Origin: Antedon mediterranea
Taxonomy: Eukaryota; Animalia; Echinodermata
Assembly (NCBI RefSeq): GCF_964355755.1
Contig: NC_092671.1
Location: 13,144,001 to 13,208,000 of the forward strand
Direction of reading: 5' to 3'
DNA: 64,000 nucleotides
Shown: positions 11,701 through 23,944 of the stretch, piece after piece
Layout: each line of letters opens with the position of its first letter
Numbering within the stretch: the stretch's first letter is position 1
Program-made: the position numbers and the translations under genes
Notes under the pieces: model-generated
Database searches by the model: none
What the model saw: only the letters and a program-made list of their open reading frames with translations
Told to the model about the DNA's origin: nothing

Positions 11701-14700
11701 GATGTAGAGTGGATTGTGACCTAAACTGCTGATATTAAGCGTCAGCATTAGCGCGTACAACATTAGCGACTTTTCGTTTTAATGATGCACCGTGGAGGAG
11801 GTGTAAAAAGACAGGATGGTCATTATAAAACGTCAAAGTGTTGAACGTATAGTTATGAAAAACTTTAATTTTTTCAAATAATTCAATTTTGCTTTGCAAT
11901 ATTTTTTTATCCAAAAAAACAATAATAAATATTATACATTATACGTACATTCTGTTAATACGCTGTAGACCAGAAAACGTAAATGGTTCAATTTGCTCCA
12001 GAGTACTATTACTAATGTCACTGAAATATACAAAGGGTGATTCAACATATTTTATTATTAGTGCGTAACTAATGAAAGTACCATGTTTAAACGCAATGTT
12101 AGTTTAGTTTTGATACGACGATTGAAAAAACCCAAACAATCGATTTTTGTTTAATAATAGTATTGTTATTTAACTGAAAACTATAATTAAATTAAATTGC
12201 ATAGGCGTACCTATGCCTACATTTTTTTAAATTTCTTTATTATCATTATTATTATCCTCATTCTCATTATTATCTTTATAATTTTTATCATCATCTATAT
12301 AATCATTATCATCATCTTTGTAATCATCTTTGTAATCGTCTTTTTAATCACCTTTGTAATCATCTTTGTCATCATCTTTATAATCATCTTTGTAATCTTC
12401 TTTGTAATCATCTTTACAATCACCTTTGTAATCTTTTTTGTAATCATCTTTATAATCATTATCTTCATCTTTGTAATCGTCTTTGTAATTGTCTTTGTAA
12501 TCGTCTTTGTAATAATCTTTGTAATCGTCTTTTTAATCACCTTTGTAATCATCTTTGTAATCATCTTTATAATCACCTTTATACTCATTATCTTCATCTT
12601 TGCAATCGTCTTTTTAATCATTTTTGTAATCGTCTTTTTAATCACCTTTGTAATCATCTTTGTAATCATCTTTATAATCATCTTTATAATCATTATCTTC
12701 ATCTTTGTAATCGTCTTTGTAATCGTCTTTGCAATCGTCTTTGCAATCGTCTTTGTAATCGTCTTTGTAATTGTCTTTGTAATCGTCTCTGAAATCGTCT
12801 TTGCAGTCCTCTTTGTAATCGTCTTTGTTATCGTTATCATTATTATAATTCTTATTACCAGCAAAATTATAATATAAGCCTATTATTTATAAAAGCTTAC
12901 ATATTTCTAACAAAAGATCCTTGGAAAGTCGTCCTCGTTAGCTTCCTAATAGGATTACCATTCAATATTCTACAAAATGCGAAAAATAAAAAGGTATGAT
13001 TTGTAATTAATTGATTATTTAATTATTGACTGAATTGATGCTACAGTATAACCTTTCTCTCTCTCCTCATACTATGCTAAATATAATATAATATATAATA
13101 AAATAATGGCAGATGAACTGATGAAATAATTTACTTACATTGTGTCAAGTCGAGGTAAATTTGTAAATGATCCATCGACACACCTCAACCTATTATAACT
13201 CGCAGATCTTTAACATGAAAATATTCAATAAAGAATACATAATTATACATTAAGTGCATTATTATGCCAAAGTTAAATGTTTTAATTAATGTATAATTAC
13301 GATGGTATAATAAATAGTAGTTATGACCACAAATTATGTACCGCCGGTCTCCTCTGTCCAATGTGATTATGCTTTGAAAATACAGTTGGGAAACAACTAA
13401 TTCTCCATGGTATAGTTACTTAAAAAGCAACAGACATACACTTAAGTTGGGAAAAATGTAGGCCAGTGACAACATTTAGCTGATAACTTACATTGTGGTT
13501 ATTTTCTTTGGAAATTTTGGTAATTTAGTCAAGTTGTTGAAATCTAAAGATCTGAAAAAGAAAATATTCACCATTTTATCATTATCATTAAATCTATTAA
13601 TTAATTTAAATGACAGATCCGTAACAGACAAAATCAGGAAAGGGAAAACTTACAACATGGCGTTTAAAATAAGTACCTGATACTCAATACTCGCTCTTCA
13701 CCCGCTATACTGGAAAACCCTTTTATTATTTACACTAGTAAAGGAGTGTGAAACAGCAGTAGCGAAATTTAGATTTGAGTGAATGTGCACGACGTTCACG
13801 TCCACATGGATTACAGTCGACTGTTACTCGTCGACAAATATATGAACGGTTAGATGTGGATACTCACGTTGACGTTTCAGTGAACGTATAGTCAGTAAAA
13901 ACAAAGTAAGAACAAATTGCAACAGAATTGTTTGTTTTGTCTGGTTGATATGGTCCAAAAGTTTAACAAACATCGAATATCGGATAGTGGGTTAATTAGC
14001 ATACATTAAAAATGCCGCCATTTACCATTTTGAAGCCATGTATGTCCTGAACGGTTGGTTTTAGACGACCTAAGTGCATTGATGACATTAAACTTCCCAT
14101 TAAATATGTTTTAACTTAGTCATAGGTACGTCATATATTATTGTATAACTGCTTAAATGACATTATCCTACTGAAAAAAATCTATAAACTGCAGGAAAAC
14201 AAGTTTCTTAACATTTTCTTGTTTTTACCAAAATCGGACATCAAAAACAGGGTTAATTAGCATAAATTTAAAATGGCAGTTATTTGCTATGCCATTTGAA
14301 GCCCTGTATCTTCTTAAAGGTTGGTTTTAGACCCGAAAGTGAATTACGAGTAAATAATAATAATAAGATATTAAACTTTTTTTGAATATTGATAATTCAC
14401 AGTTAGTAATATAATTTAACTTAAATTTAACTACATTTACTTTTGCATTGATACGACGTCATACGTCCACCCGTACTCATGTCAGAGAGCGAACTGAATA
14501 AAACCCTAAATTTCAAATTTGGCAGTAGCATAAATTAACGTCATAGACTAGCAGTCGTCATAGTCTATATTATAGTATCTGTATTACATCAACGTTAGCT
14601 TTGTGTCCTACATTTGTCTCTATTATTGATAAAATGTACATTTCAGGCACACCATAACAATGTAATTCAAAACTTACATTTCGTTTAATTCGGAAAGTCG

Positions 14701-17409
14701 AAGTAACGCATCGCTGGCAATAGTTGTGAAGTTGTTATTGTTCAGATATCTTTTTAAAAAAGAGTAAGAAACAAATTGATACAATTATTTTAACTTTCTA
14801 CTTTAAATCAATAACATTTTACCACTCAATGGAGAGTTAAAAAAATTAACAAAACACAGCCACTGTCACACACAGCCACTGTGCAAATTGGGACTGGACC
14901 GTTTTAGAGGTGTTAACCACCTGTAGATCCTTCACTGAGTTAGTGAGAAGTCGAATAAATAAAATAAAAATAAATAAAAATAAAGGATGATATTATAGAA
15001 ATATAATATATAAGAGAAAATCAAAAGGTTCATATACCTTGAAAAATGACCCAAACAATTAATTTAAAATTATTATGTTTACTTTGGAGTCACAAAACTG
15101 CTTATGTGTTGTACAAAGCTTTTCCGGGTATGTATGTTCATATCTTTTCAACCCTGTCAAATTTAAATGAAAGTTACTCTACCAAACATGTCTTTGTAAG
15201 TAGTATCCGTATTTGGTGTGTTTGCTATTATTTTCTGCCGCACTAGTTCTGTTGTCCTAAACCTGTGTTCTCATTGTGTTTTAATAGAATATAATGGACA
15301 GGAATTAAAAACATGGGTAATATTATATTTATAAAAACTGTAGTCCTGTATTTAAAAAAACCAAGTATATATAATATAGCCGAAGACAGAATTCTTATTT
15401 TTATAGTTATTTTAATTGTTATTTATATAACATAACCCATATATTTTATAGTTATTTTGATTGTTATTTATATAACATAACCCATAGGCCTAAATCGAGT
15501 AAAATATTCAGCGTACAGACATTGCACGATAAACAACCTCGGTAAATAGATATACATAACCGTTTATACTATCTAACTAATAACTTTTTATCATGATTTT
15601 AATCATGACGTCAATTTGATTGGATATTTCACCGAAGACAGAATATATTGTTATTTTTATAGTTCCAGGATGAAAACTGTTATCATTTCTTTTGTTTTCT
15701 GTAGAAAAACTGTATCTATATATACATTTACGTAAGGGCAAAATTCTGTAAATCGCGCCTTACTTTTAGAATTTTTACTCGATGGTATGTAAAGTTGGTT
15801 CGTACTTTCGGTACTGATTTTAACCACCTGATGTAACCCTGTTTACTAATTAAATTAAGTTAGATAATTAGTTATTGACGATTAAAACGAATTTAGGTTC
15901 AACGATTTGCCCCAGATAGGGGTGTTTTCCGATCGTGGTATACACTGTCTAATGGATGTCTATCTTGAAAAATACCCGCCACAAAAATGCGAGGAGGCTT
16001 CGCATTTTCCTATCTCCTCCTACAATAATTGTTTTTAATAGCTGAAAACCGGTTGAACAGCTCGAGTACAGTATCATAATGTTGAAGACAGGCCGATTTT
16101 CTTTAAAAAATACTATTTTGATAGATTTAATATACGTTTATACAAATGTATTGATTTGCGATGAATGGAACATTCCAATCTCTGTGTCGTTCCACAAGTG
16201 TCTATTCCCTCAGGCGTCGTAAAGGAAAGTACTGTATACTCATAACAGAAATTCGATCCTTTTTTTTTTCAATCTGTGCTGCAGAGGTTGGATATAATTT
16301 TTTTTAATGGATAATGAGCTAGCGTTTTCAGTCGCCGTAATTTAATATTTATTACCGATTAAATCGAATTTATGATTTGCCCCGAATAGAGGTGGTTTTC
16401 ACAAATTGTTTAACATTATATATAAACATACGTCGTAGTGTATCGTTACATGTACTGTACTATTTCAATCGACTACGACGGTGATAGTTTCAACAAAGTA
16501 TTACATCGCAATGTTTTACTGTGTTTAGTGGTATATTATTTGTAAAACATGTTAATTAATATTTCGTTACAAAATAAAGACTATATTTAAAAATTGTTCC
16601 TCTTTGCACCCATCCTCTTTCCCATCTCTCAACCATAATGTTACATACAAAACACAAATTAAGTTTGTTTAAATTTGACTTAAACAATTGGTCTCATTTT
16701 GTGACAACATTCTCTTTCGGAAGTAATTCCCAGTGTGCTAATTTTAGTTGAGTACATAAATCACAGTGTCTATTTAATCGTTCCTGTAAACGACATATAT
16801 TATTGCCCTGCATTATTGTACATTTGAAATCGCCAGTTTTTTAACGCTGAAATTACTGTGTATTCGAGAACCATCTGTGGGCACGACCTAGATGGTACGC
16901 GAGCGAAGCGAGCGTACCATCTAGTATTTATAATTTATCTATTTATCGTCGTTTATTGTCATGATAGTATAAACGGGCCTTTGTGCTTTCTTGTTTCATT
17001 TCGTTGTGCCAGCAAAGGGCAAACGTAAGGAAAACAGTTTACGCAAGTTATTGGTGATGATGAAAATTGCATCGATAAAACGGCGTTCCATACAAACTTA
17101 TAAAAATCATCCTTCTATTCAAAAGAAATATGTACGCCGAGCATGTGATATAAGTATCAAAATCTAAGCTATTAAAATGTAAATTTGTATTTAAACTCAC
17201 AAATGTGTTGTGTTTTCAGGTATTCTAGCAGGTAAATGAACAAGCCCACGTCCATTGCAATTGACTTTGAACCAATTAGTGTCGGGCGGAGATTCACAGA
17301 TACACAGCAAACTGTCATCATTATTATTGTGCAGACAACCCGAGTTTGCATGGCAACACACGACGAAGCTATAGAAAAGAATAAAAGTAAACGAAGAACG
17401 TAAAAACAT
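5730..17409 (-). CDS. LRR-containing, Cys-rich, multi-pass membrane receptor (copy B), 19 exons, about 1098 aa
   Basis: Hand-spliced GT-AG exons keep one open frame: 17201-17409, 14678-14749, 13492-13551, 13139-13207, 12901-12969, 11949-12020, 11481-11555, 11142-11210, 10968-11039, 10800-10871, 10569-10637, 10108-10254, 9535-9603, 9019-9087, 8676-8747, 8434-8493, 7922-8091, 5963-7630, 5730-5863 (total 3297 nt). Contains a signal peptide, LRRNT (CICE..VNC.GRGL.HLP..IP.NTTHL), LxLxxNxI repeats, CxxCPxG repeats and about 9 hydrophobic helices. Confidence 0.9.
5963..7630 (-). CDS. Large exon 18 of copy B: Cys-rich (ephrin-receptor-like/GCC-type) repeats plus multi-TM domain
   Basis: Core of ORF 5730-7610. 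Acceptor tttcag at 7631, donor G|gtaagt at 5962. Motifs CKPCPNGSF, CQTCPGGT, CSSGYTGWLCGACLPGYY, MKIAINFYQIL..I.WP, YWEVFEMYNK, YLEPMK. Confidence 0.93.
7786..7895. repeat. (ATC)n/(GTC)n/(ATT)n microsatellite in intron 17
   Basis: Directly visible trinucleotide runs. Confidence 0.85.
8234..8357. mobile_element. Foldback MITE, family 1
   Basis: Perfect 16-bp TIR gcttggttcccactag...ctagtgggaaccaagc. Shared with copy A, so it predates the gene duplication. Confidence 0.8.
9696..9969. mobile_element. MITE with CAG(T/A)GGCGTAGGCTGG termini (hAT-like)
   Basis: cagaggcgtaggctgg at 9696 and ccagcctacgccaccg ending 9969; internal direct repeat ggctgagctaa...agagctgct. No clear TSD. Confidence 0.65.
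12300..12835. repeat. 12-bp minisatellite (atcatctttgta / atcgtctttgta)n in intron 5 of copy B
   Basis: About 40 degenerate units between LRR exons 12901-12969 and 11949-12020; accounts for the spurious ORFs 12197-12877 and 12295-12864. Confidence 0.95.
13965..14340. repeat. Two copies of a repeat fragment (ggttaattagcata..aaaatggc..gaagcc.tgtat..ggttggttttagac)
   Basis: Copies at ~13965-14070 and ~14225-14335; a single full copy in paralog A at ~1790-1895. Confidence 0.55.
15715..16924 (+). mobile_element. Complete 1210-bp non-autonomous Helitron-like element in intron 1 of copy B
   Basis: A^TCTATATATAC 5' end; 3' hairpin CTAGATGGTACGC-GAGCGAAGCGA-GCGTACCATCTAG^T at 16888-16924; absent from the paralogous intron of copy A (~3200); second copy at 1-410. 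No RepHel ORF. Confidence 0.9.
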
Positions 17410-18217
17410 TTTCTACGTTTAGTACTGATAGCGGCCAGGCTGAATATTAGCTATTACGATTATTGTCCGAGTCAAATATAATAGTTAAAATTACATGTTA
17501 CTTCCTTATACATTATTTTCCAATGAATGAATGAATCTTTTCAGTTTTAATTCTTGAGATCACTCACAATTGAAAGGCAAACACCTTTAGTTAAATATTC
17601 TATTATTAGGCCTATAGAAATTTTATTAAGAATTGGTTTCCTATTCTATGTTTATAAGGGAAAAGTGAGATTCTTCCCTTTTCGGTGTGACGTATGTGAC
17701 TTTAATTTTACGCTATAAAATTGTCTTAAAATGAAATTGTCTGTTATTATTCTCAGTATATGTGATCACCATAAGCGTATATTCGATCGGGCTATTTTGA
17801 GCAGATTTATTAGAGATCTAGCTGCTCCAAGTCCTTTTATTTTATTTTTATTAAACCTTATTTAAAGAGGGTAACCAAACAGTATGCTGACACTCAAGGG
17901 ACCTTCATAACAACCTTGCTGTTTTTTTTTTCTCTTTTGTGGCGTTAACCACTATTTTATTCATTTCATTCTCAAATGATCAATACAATGATTTTACACT
18001 TCATCCAAATATATATTCTCTGTTCTGTTATTTTCTTGTCCTTTCTTTTATCTTTTGTACGATTTGATCGAAACAATTCGGTCATATATATATATATATA
18101 TATTGGGGCGACTTTTTCTCATTCTCACAGATTTCCTCATCTTTATCGTTTCAAATTAATTAATTAAATTTCAGTATATCACCGGGCGGTTTAGAATTAA
18201 TGTTCTTTGCCTGATTT

Positions 18218-18220
<3 letters not shown>

Positions 18221-18279
<59 letters not shown>

Positions 18280-18767
18280 CATACTGTAAATTATAGAAAC
18301 AGTGCTCATATTCGGAACATGATCTCATAATCGCGTCGAGCATAGCTCATTGGCGAAAGTTCCGTATTATTTAGTTGTATGAAAAAATGTCTGGCGGGAT
18401 TCGAACCTGCAACCTCTCGCTTACAGGGCGAGTATCATACCACTAGACCACAGAGCCATGTATGGTATTATCACAGATTTTCACCCACCAGATACATTCT
18501 CTCATACAACAAACGCCCTCACAATCAGTGCAGGCTTAACAAGTCAGTGGTATAACAAGTCAGTGGTATGATACTCGCCCTGTAAGCGAGAGGTTGCAGG
18601 TTCGAATCCCGCCAGAGACATTTTTTCATACAACTAAAAAATACGGAACTTTCGCCAATGAGCTATGCTCGACGCGATTATGAGATCATGTTCCGAATAT
18701 GAGCACTGTTTCTATAATTTACAGTATGATTTATATATAATTTACACAGTGCTACGCAACATCATTG

Positions 18768-18850
<83 letters not shown>
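18221..18850. mobile_element. (TA)n-embedded foldback element with ~170-bp inverted arms containing a tRNA-like unit
   Basis: (TA)n 18221-18276; arm 18276-18444; spacer; inverted arm 18562-18732; (TA)n 18771-18850. Arms are nearly perfect reverse complements. Confidence 0.85.
18388..18457 (-). tRNA. tRNA-like / pseudo-tRNA (Pro-like body, TGT at the anticodon position) inside the foldback element
   Basis: GGCTCTGTGGTCTAGTGGTATGATACTCGCCCTGTAAGCGAGAGGTTGCAGGTTCGAATCCCGCCAGACA then TTTTTT: A box, B box, anticodon stem CTCGC/GCGAG and Pol III terminator. C at position 33 and acceptor/T-stem mismatches argue against a translational tRNA. Confidence 0.55.
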
Positions 18851-18851
<1 letters not shown>

Positions 18852-20606
18852 TTTATACTTTTATATGTATTATCCACTTTTTTCATAATTTTCTTTTATT
18901 TTAACTATTCCTCTCTACATTAAAAAAAAACCAAAAAAAAACAAACAAACAAACAATAGGTCTATGTCTCTGTACAAAACACACAAGTACATATATTCGA
19001 GTACATGACTGCATACATACATACCCACGACAAAGGTATATATATAAATAAATAAGTATTTACAATATATAAAATGCAATACAATTACTCAATTATTCTT
19101 AATTCTTTTTTTTTTACAATAAGAACATAAGTAAAAATATAAAATTCAAATAATTATAGTAAGCTTTAAAAATTCTTTCCTTACTCTTGTGTTTTAGTTT
19201 TATGTCTCATAGTTATATTTGTTACTTACTTATATGTTACGTTTCGTTTTGTTTTTAATATTTGTTTCATTTATTTTGATTTTTTTTTAAATAATTCTAT
19301 ATAAAGATTTAACTATTGGCATTGTACAGCGTTATATAAACCTCTGTAGAATATACCGTATTATAATAGTCGGTTAAGGTATAACCTATTATTTTTTTCT
19401 GCCAAAAAGAGGCGAGAAAGTGAACCATAATTCCATTTTTTTACTTTTTTTCAAAATGTGTGCTTTATAGATAACAACCTTGCTGTTTACGTTAGACCAA
19501 TAAAAGATAAAATAACCTTTTTAACTCATTTTTGTATTTTTGTGATTTTAACTAAACAAACGAAAATAATTTCAAACTATGTACTATATTTTACTGTGTT
19601 TGACCTATATAAATGAAGTGAATCGATTGGACTATTTTGAGCAGATTCATCAGAGATCTAGCTGCTCCAATTCCTTTTATTTTATGTTTATTAACCTTAT
19701 TTAAAGAGGGTAACCAAACAGCATCATGCTGACATTCAAGGGGCCTTTATAACAACCTCCTTTCTGTATTCTTATGTCAATTTTTAACTTTGAACAAACA
19801 AAAATAATTTCAAACCATGTACTATATTTTACTGTGTTTGACTATGAATAAATGAATTGAATTGAAATCGGGAGGGTTGAAACGTCTGTTATATTTCCCG
19901 ACAACTCTTTCTATTCCTTACTAAGACTAAAGAGACTAAATATATAAGCACGCTAAATTATAGTTTATCCATCCTGTAATATGCGAGTTCTTTCTGTTAA
20001 TAGAATAAACAAAAGAAGTAACAAAACAATATACAGATTGGCTGTTGCGTTAAACACTGCCCTCGGTCGTTTCATAAAGTTTATCCGTAATAATATGTGT
20101 GTCCCAAACACAGTGTGTTCTACTGAAAGTATATGATGCAGAGTCTCTGTGATGAATCACATTTTTATGTATCAGATATTACACACAGTTTAGTTCAATT
20201 CTCAAACCAATACCAGTTGTCTAGGAAACAGATATTGCAGCTATAGATATTAATAAGGAAAAACAGTCAATTGGTAGAGTGTTTGAGGGCGCTGGTAATA
20301 ATATAATCACACACTAGGCCTATGAGCCGCCTCAGTGAAGTACATAGTGTTGATTGCGAATCAATTTCAATCAGCTTAGTGTTTGTTTAGATCGCCAGTT
20401 GGCAAGCATTTATTTCTAGAGAAAATATTTATTTACTAAATCAGTTTTAGAGATTCTAGCAAATTTACAGTTACTGTACATTGACCAAGTGAGAGTTGGA
20501 TGAAATAGACATTTTTGTTTAAATTGTAATTATAAGCAATCTGGTACTTAAGAAAAGGAATATAAATGTACAAACTAAAATGGACAAAACATATAACTTT
20601 TTCCTG

Positions 20607-20826
20607 ATTAAAACACGTACAGAAACATACTTCAATAATGCAGCTAGTAATCAGCGCAAAGTTGAGTCTTGATCTAACTGGGTTCCCATTTATACACCTG
20701 GGGGAGAGAGGCAAACGTAAGTAAAGTATCTTGGCTAAGGATACAAGCAATGCGGCGAGAGTTGGATTCGAACCTCGATCTCACGATCAGTAGCCGAACG
20801 CCCAACACACTGCGCCACAGGCCCTC
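20607..20826 (-). mobile_element. tRNA-derived SINE with CORE-like central domain, 3'-truncated
   Basis: A box tggcgcagtg, B box ggttcgaatcc, then ccttagccaagatactttac..tgcctctctccccaggtgtataaatggg; second copy at 24665-24952. Confidence 0.8.
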
Positions 20827-22684
20827 GTAAACGTATTGCCGTGAACGAACGAGGGGCAATCTTGTAACACTAGGTCTAGTAACGGAGAACTTTGTTGGGT
20901 CCTGAAGGTATCCCTAAAATATCATGCTGTATTTTAATTTCAAGAATAATGACTGTGTTGATTAGAGGCATAATTACGTACTATCCAACTATTGTAGAAT
21001 ACCGTCTAATAAAACATACTCGTTGTTCCGGTAAGGGCGGAATGTTTGGGCTTCAGAGGATACCCACCTGTAAGTTTGTATTATATTGGCGAGAAAATAT
21101 ACTGTGGTACCGTTCACTAAAACGTGTGACTAGGCTATAGTCTAATTTCAACTTAATATTTGGCAGTGATAGGTTCAATACGTGTAAATAAAAATCAGGT
21201 ACAGGTACTAAACTGTGACGTCATCAGTAACATCTGTGCTTTATAGATTTTAAACAAAGATCGTTTCAAAATGATTATTGATTACATCACATGTCAATGT
21301 TTTCATGGAGAATCCAGTATTGGTATTTCATATTCAGTTAATTAAACTAAAGAAATAAACATATGCATGGAATATATTTCGTAACAGCCGATAATATTTA
21401 CATTTTGAAGAATACAATGGAAGGCTAAAGAACACTGGAATAAACAGGTAAGGCATCCGATTATGTTGGAAATATGCAATAGGCCTAGGTAGGTACTAGT
21501 AACCGCATTTACAACATGAATAAGTGATCTAATGGAGGGCCAGTTACCGCCAATCAACAAAAATGTAAATTAATGTATTAATTAGTATCCCCTGCCTGCT
21601 GAGTGTTCAATAGTATTCTCACCTCGTCGAAAATTACGTTGTTTTGTATTGTCTCTGTGCTGCTTGATGTTTTGTAATTGTAAACCATTATTAACTTGTT
21701 GTATCTGTATATATATATTGTAACTACTGTATGACCTTATTTTGTAAACATTTTGTATGGGTCGGAACTCTTGTTACGAGAGTGTTCCTCCGTTTTAAAG
21801 GAGAGTAACCAATAAATATTATTATTATTTATTATCTCTCCACCCCTACAAAGACTATTTGATTAATTATAAAATAGTATAGACACATATAACTTATAAG
21901 AAAATACAATGCATTTTGTTATAGGCTTTACCTATATACGGATAAAACTATGTAGGCTTAACTTCATTAGAAGTACAACCATTGCTGGTAGTTTTTCATG
22001 CCTAATTTTATCTCTTTTTATTAACCACTTAATATAGAATACCCACTTGGTTGCTATTTTTGTACATCTTACCAATAAGTGTGATAATATGATTACGCTA
22101 TAGGTATTCATTAAAATGATCATACTAAGTAGGCAACGTAGGTATTAACATACATTATCAAAAGTAAAACTGAATTGACAGCTCCCTGTTGAAATTATTG
22201 AAGATAAAACTAGACTAAACGGAACAACGCGTCGGATATCTTGTCAAATCTCTATATATTATGTAATGAAGACAGAACGAAACTGCCTAATTAATATGGT
22301 TATTTTACTATGTTATTGTACAATGATAATAATTAATCACGAGGGGAATTCATTTCCAGTTCATTTACACATCTCAAAATTGTGTAATATTAAGTCTTGT
22401 ACAATTGGTCTAACTTCTATAGTAGGTTAGTGAGTCAATTTTTAATGTATTTCATACAAGTACAAAAAATTAAAATTTGTTTAACTATAATCTTTTATGA
22501 CTGTATTTTTTCAATCTTTTAACTCACGCTTTCTTTTTTTTAAATTTTTTTATTGCAGTTTTATACCATTTTAACTCTATTTAGCGCCATATGTTGACGA
22601 TGATTTTTACAAATAAAATGAATGAATAAATGTTTTTGGTCTTTCAATAACAGCAATGTTCATAGTAACCATACGTGAGGGGAA

Positions 22685-23944
22685 ATGACGTATTCTGAGT
22701 GTGTTAGTGAAGATGAATACTACATTTGTCCATCTGAATTCGGGGACTCGTCTAAAACATCCTGCTGTATCGATAGCTACGGCGTTGGACAGTGCTGTGT
22801 CCCAGAGACGATAGGGGCCACTAATGATCAGCCTTGGGCCGGCTACCAGACAGATACGTAAGTTATAGCACAATATCATTGTATGGTGTGTGATATTTAT
22901 ACTAATTATGAATAAATATGTTTATAAATGTAATAAAATAATAATAATAATAAATATTGAATAGAAAATTTAATTTTGTAAACTGATTATGTTAATATTA
23001 TTAATTTCAATGTCTAATTAATTCTATATCGGCATCGGCAATAAATTCAACAATAAAATATTAATGTTCTCTGTTGTATGGCGGTATCTCTTTTAACTTA
23101 AAGCAAACGTGATTATATTAATATTCTGCTTAAATCTATAAATTGATCAAGTGACTAATTGTAATTTTCATTTTTTTATCTTGTTTATTAACACATCCAT
23201 TATTAAATCAGTAGGCCTATTCAATGACTGAAATAAATAGAATATGCCTGCAACGTATATGCATATTGAATACTAAAGATTATAACTGAGATTAATATGA
23301 AATATACAGTAGTTCATAACGTTGAGATGATGATAATAAAGTTGATGGAAATAATAATTATCAGGTTTCTGAAATATCATCGTATATTTATTTTGTAGAG
23401 TAATAATATTTAAATAGATTCATAAATATTTAAATGTTTACCAAATTACCACATTTTCTTCTTATTTTACAGTCCTATGATATATTATATGGATTATTTA
23501 TTGATATTCGGAGCCAGTGCTGTATTGTTAGTGATAATGGGACTACTGTGCTGTGAATACTCGGATTTTACTTTAGAACAAGACAACTCGTATCTAATTA
23601 AACAACACTCAGTTGCACCTAACACTAGATTTTCCGAACCTCACGACTACAATGGTAACAATTTCCGGGTCCTTCGTGAGTATAATCGGCACATCGACAA
23701 TGTACCTTCGGCACCGCCGAGTTATTACGAAGAATTTGACAACGGAACCTTCGGTCGCAATTATGAAAGACACCACTATCCCGAACAATTGACTGAAAAC
23801 ACCAACACTTTTAAAAAGTCGAATCAGCATTGCCATACAGACACGAAAATGCAATATCAATTAGAATCAACGTCGTGCCACAACTGGTACCTTCCACCCT
23901 CCAACGCTCCTCGACGATCACCTTCCTTTAATGATTGGTCTTGA
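22685..23944 (+). CDS. Shisa/WBP1/VOPP1-like single-pass membrane protein, about 214 aa, 2 coding exons
   Basis: Exon 22685-22857 (MTYSECVSEDEYYICPSEFGDSSKTSCCIDSYGVGQCCVPE..., donor gtaagt) splices in frame to the acceptor tttacag at 23473. Six-Cys C..C..CC..CC ectodomain, TM, juxtamembrane CC, and a PPSY motif. Confidence 0.82.

Larger units (their letters stand above)
17791..19758. repeat. ~125-bp direct repeats (17791-17916 and 19633-19758) bracketing an expanded segment upstream of copy B
   Basis: Both read ctattttgagcagatt..agagatctagctgctccaa..aaccttatttaaagaggg..ataacaacct. A further ~70-bp duplication at ~19553-19622 / ~19792-19860. Confidence 0.75.

Noticed and set aside
12300-12835. 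CRISPR-like array
   Set aside because: Contiguous tandem units with no unique spacers, eukaryotic intron context, no cas genes.
12197-12877. Long hydrophobic (+) and ITK-repeat (-) ORFs; a third frame reads FLAG-like DYKD repeats
   Set aside because: All derive from an intronic 12-bp minisatellite. The DYKD frame has TAA stops and no vector context, so it is coincidence rather than a gene or synthetic tag.
18388-18620. Functional tRNA-Thr(TGT) gene
   Set aside because: Pro-like body, C instead of U33, stem mismatches, and location inside a repeat arm; better read as a mobile-element Pol III unit.
18665-18904. Short ORFs over (TA)n, SINEs and MITEs (also 20436-20859, 24738-25001, 8281-8493, 9591-9785)
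   Set aside because: They overlap repeats or are antisense to real exons, with no protein-like features.
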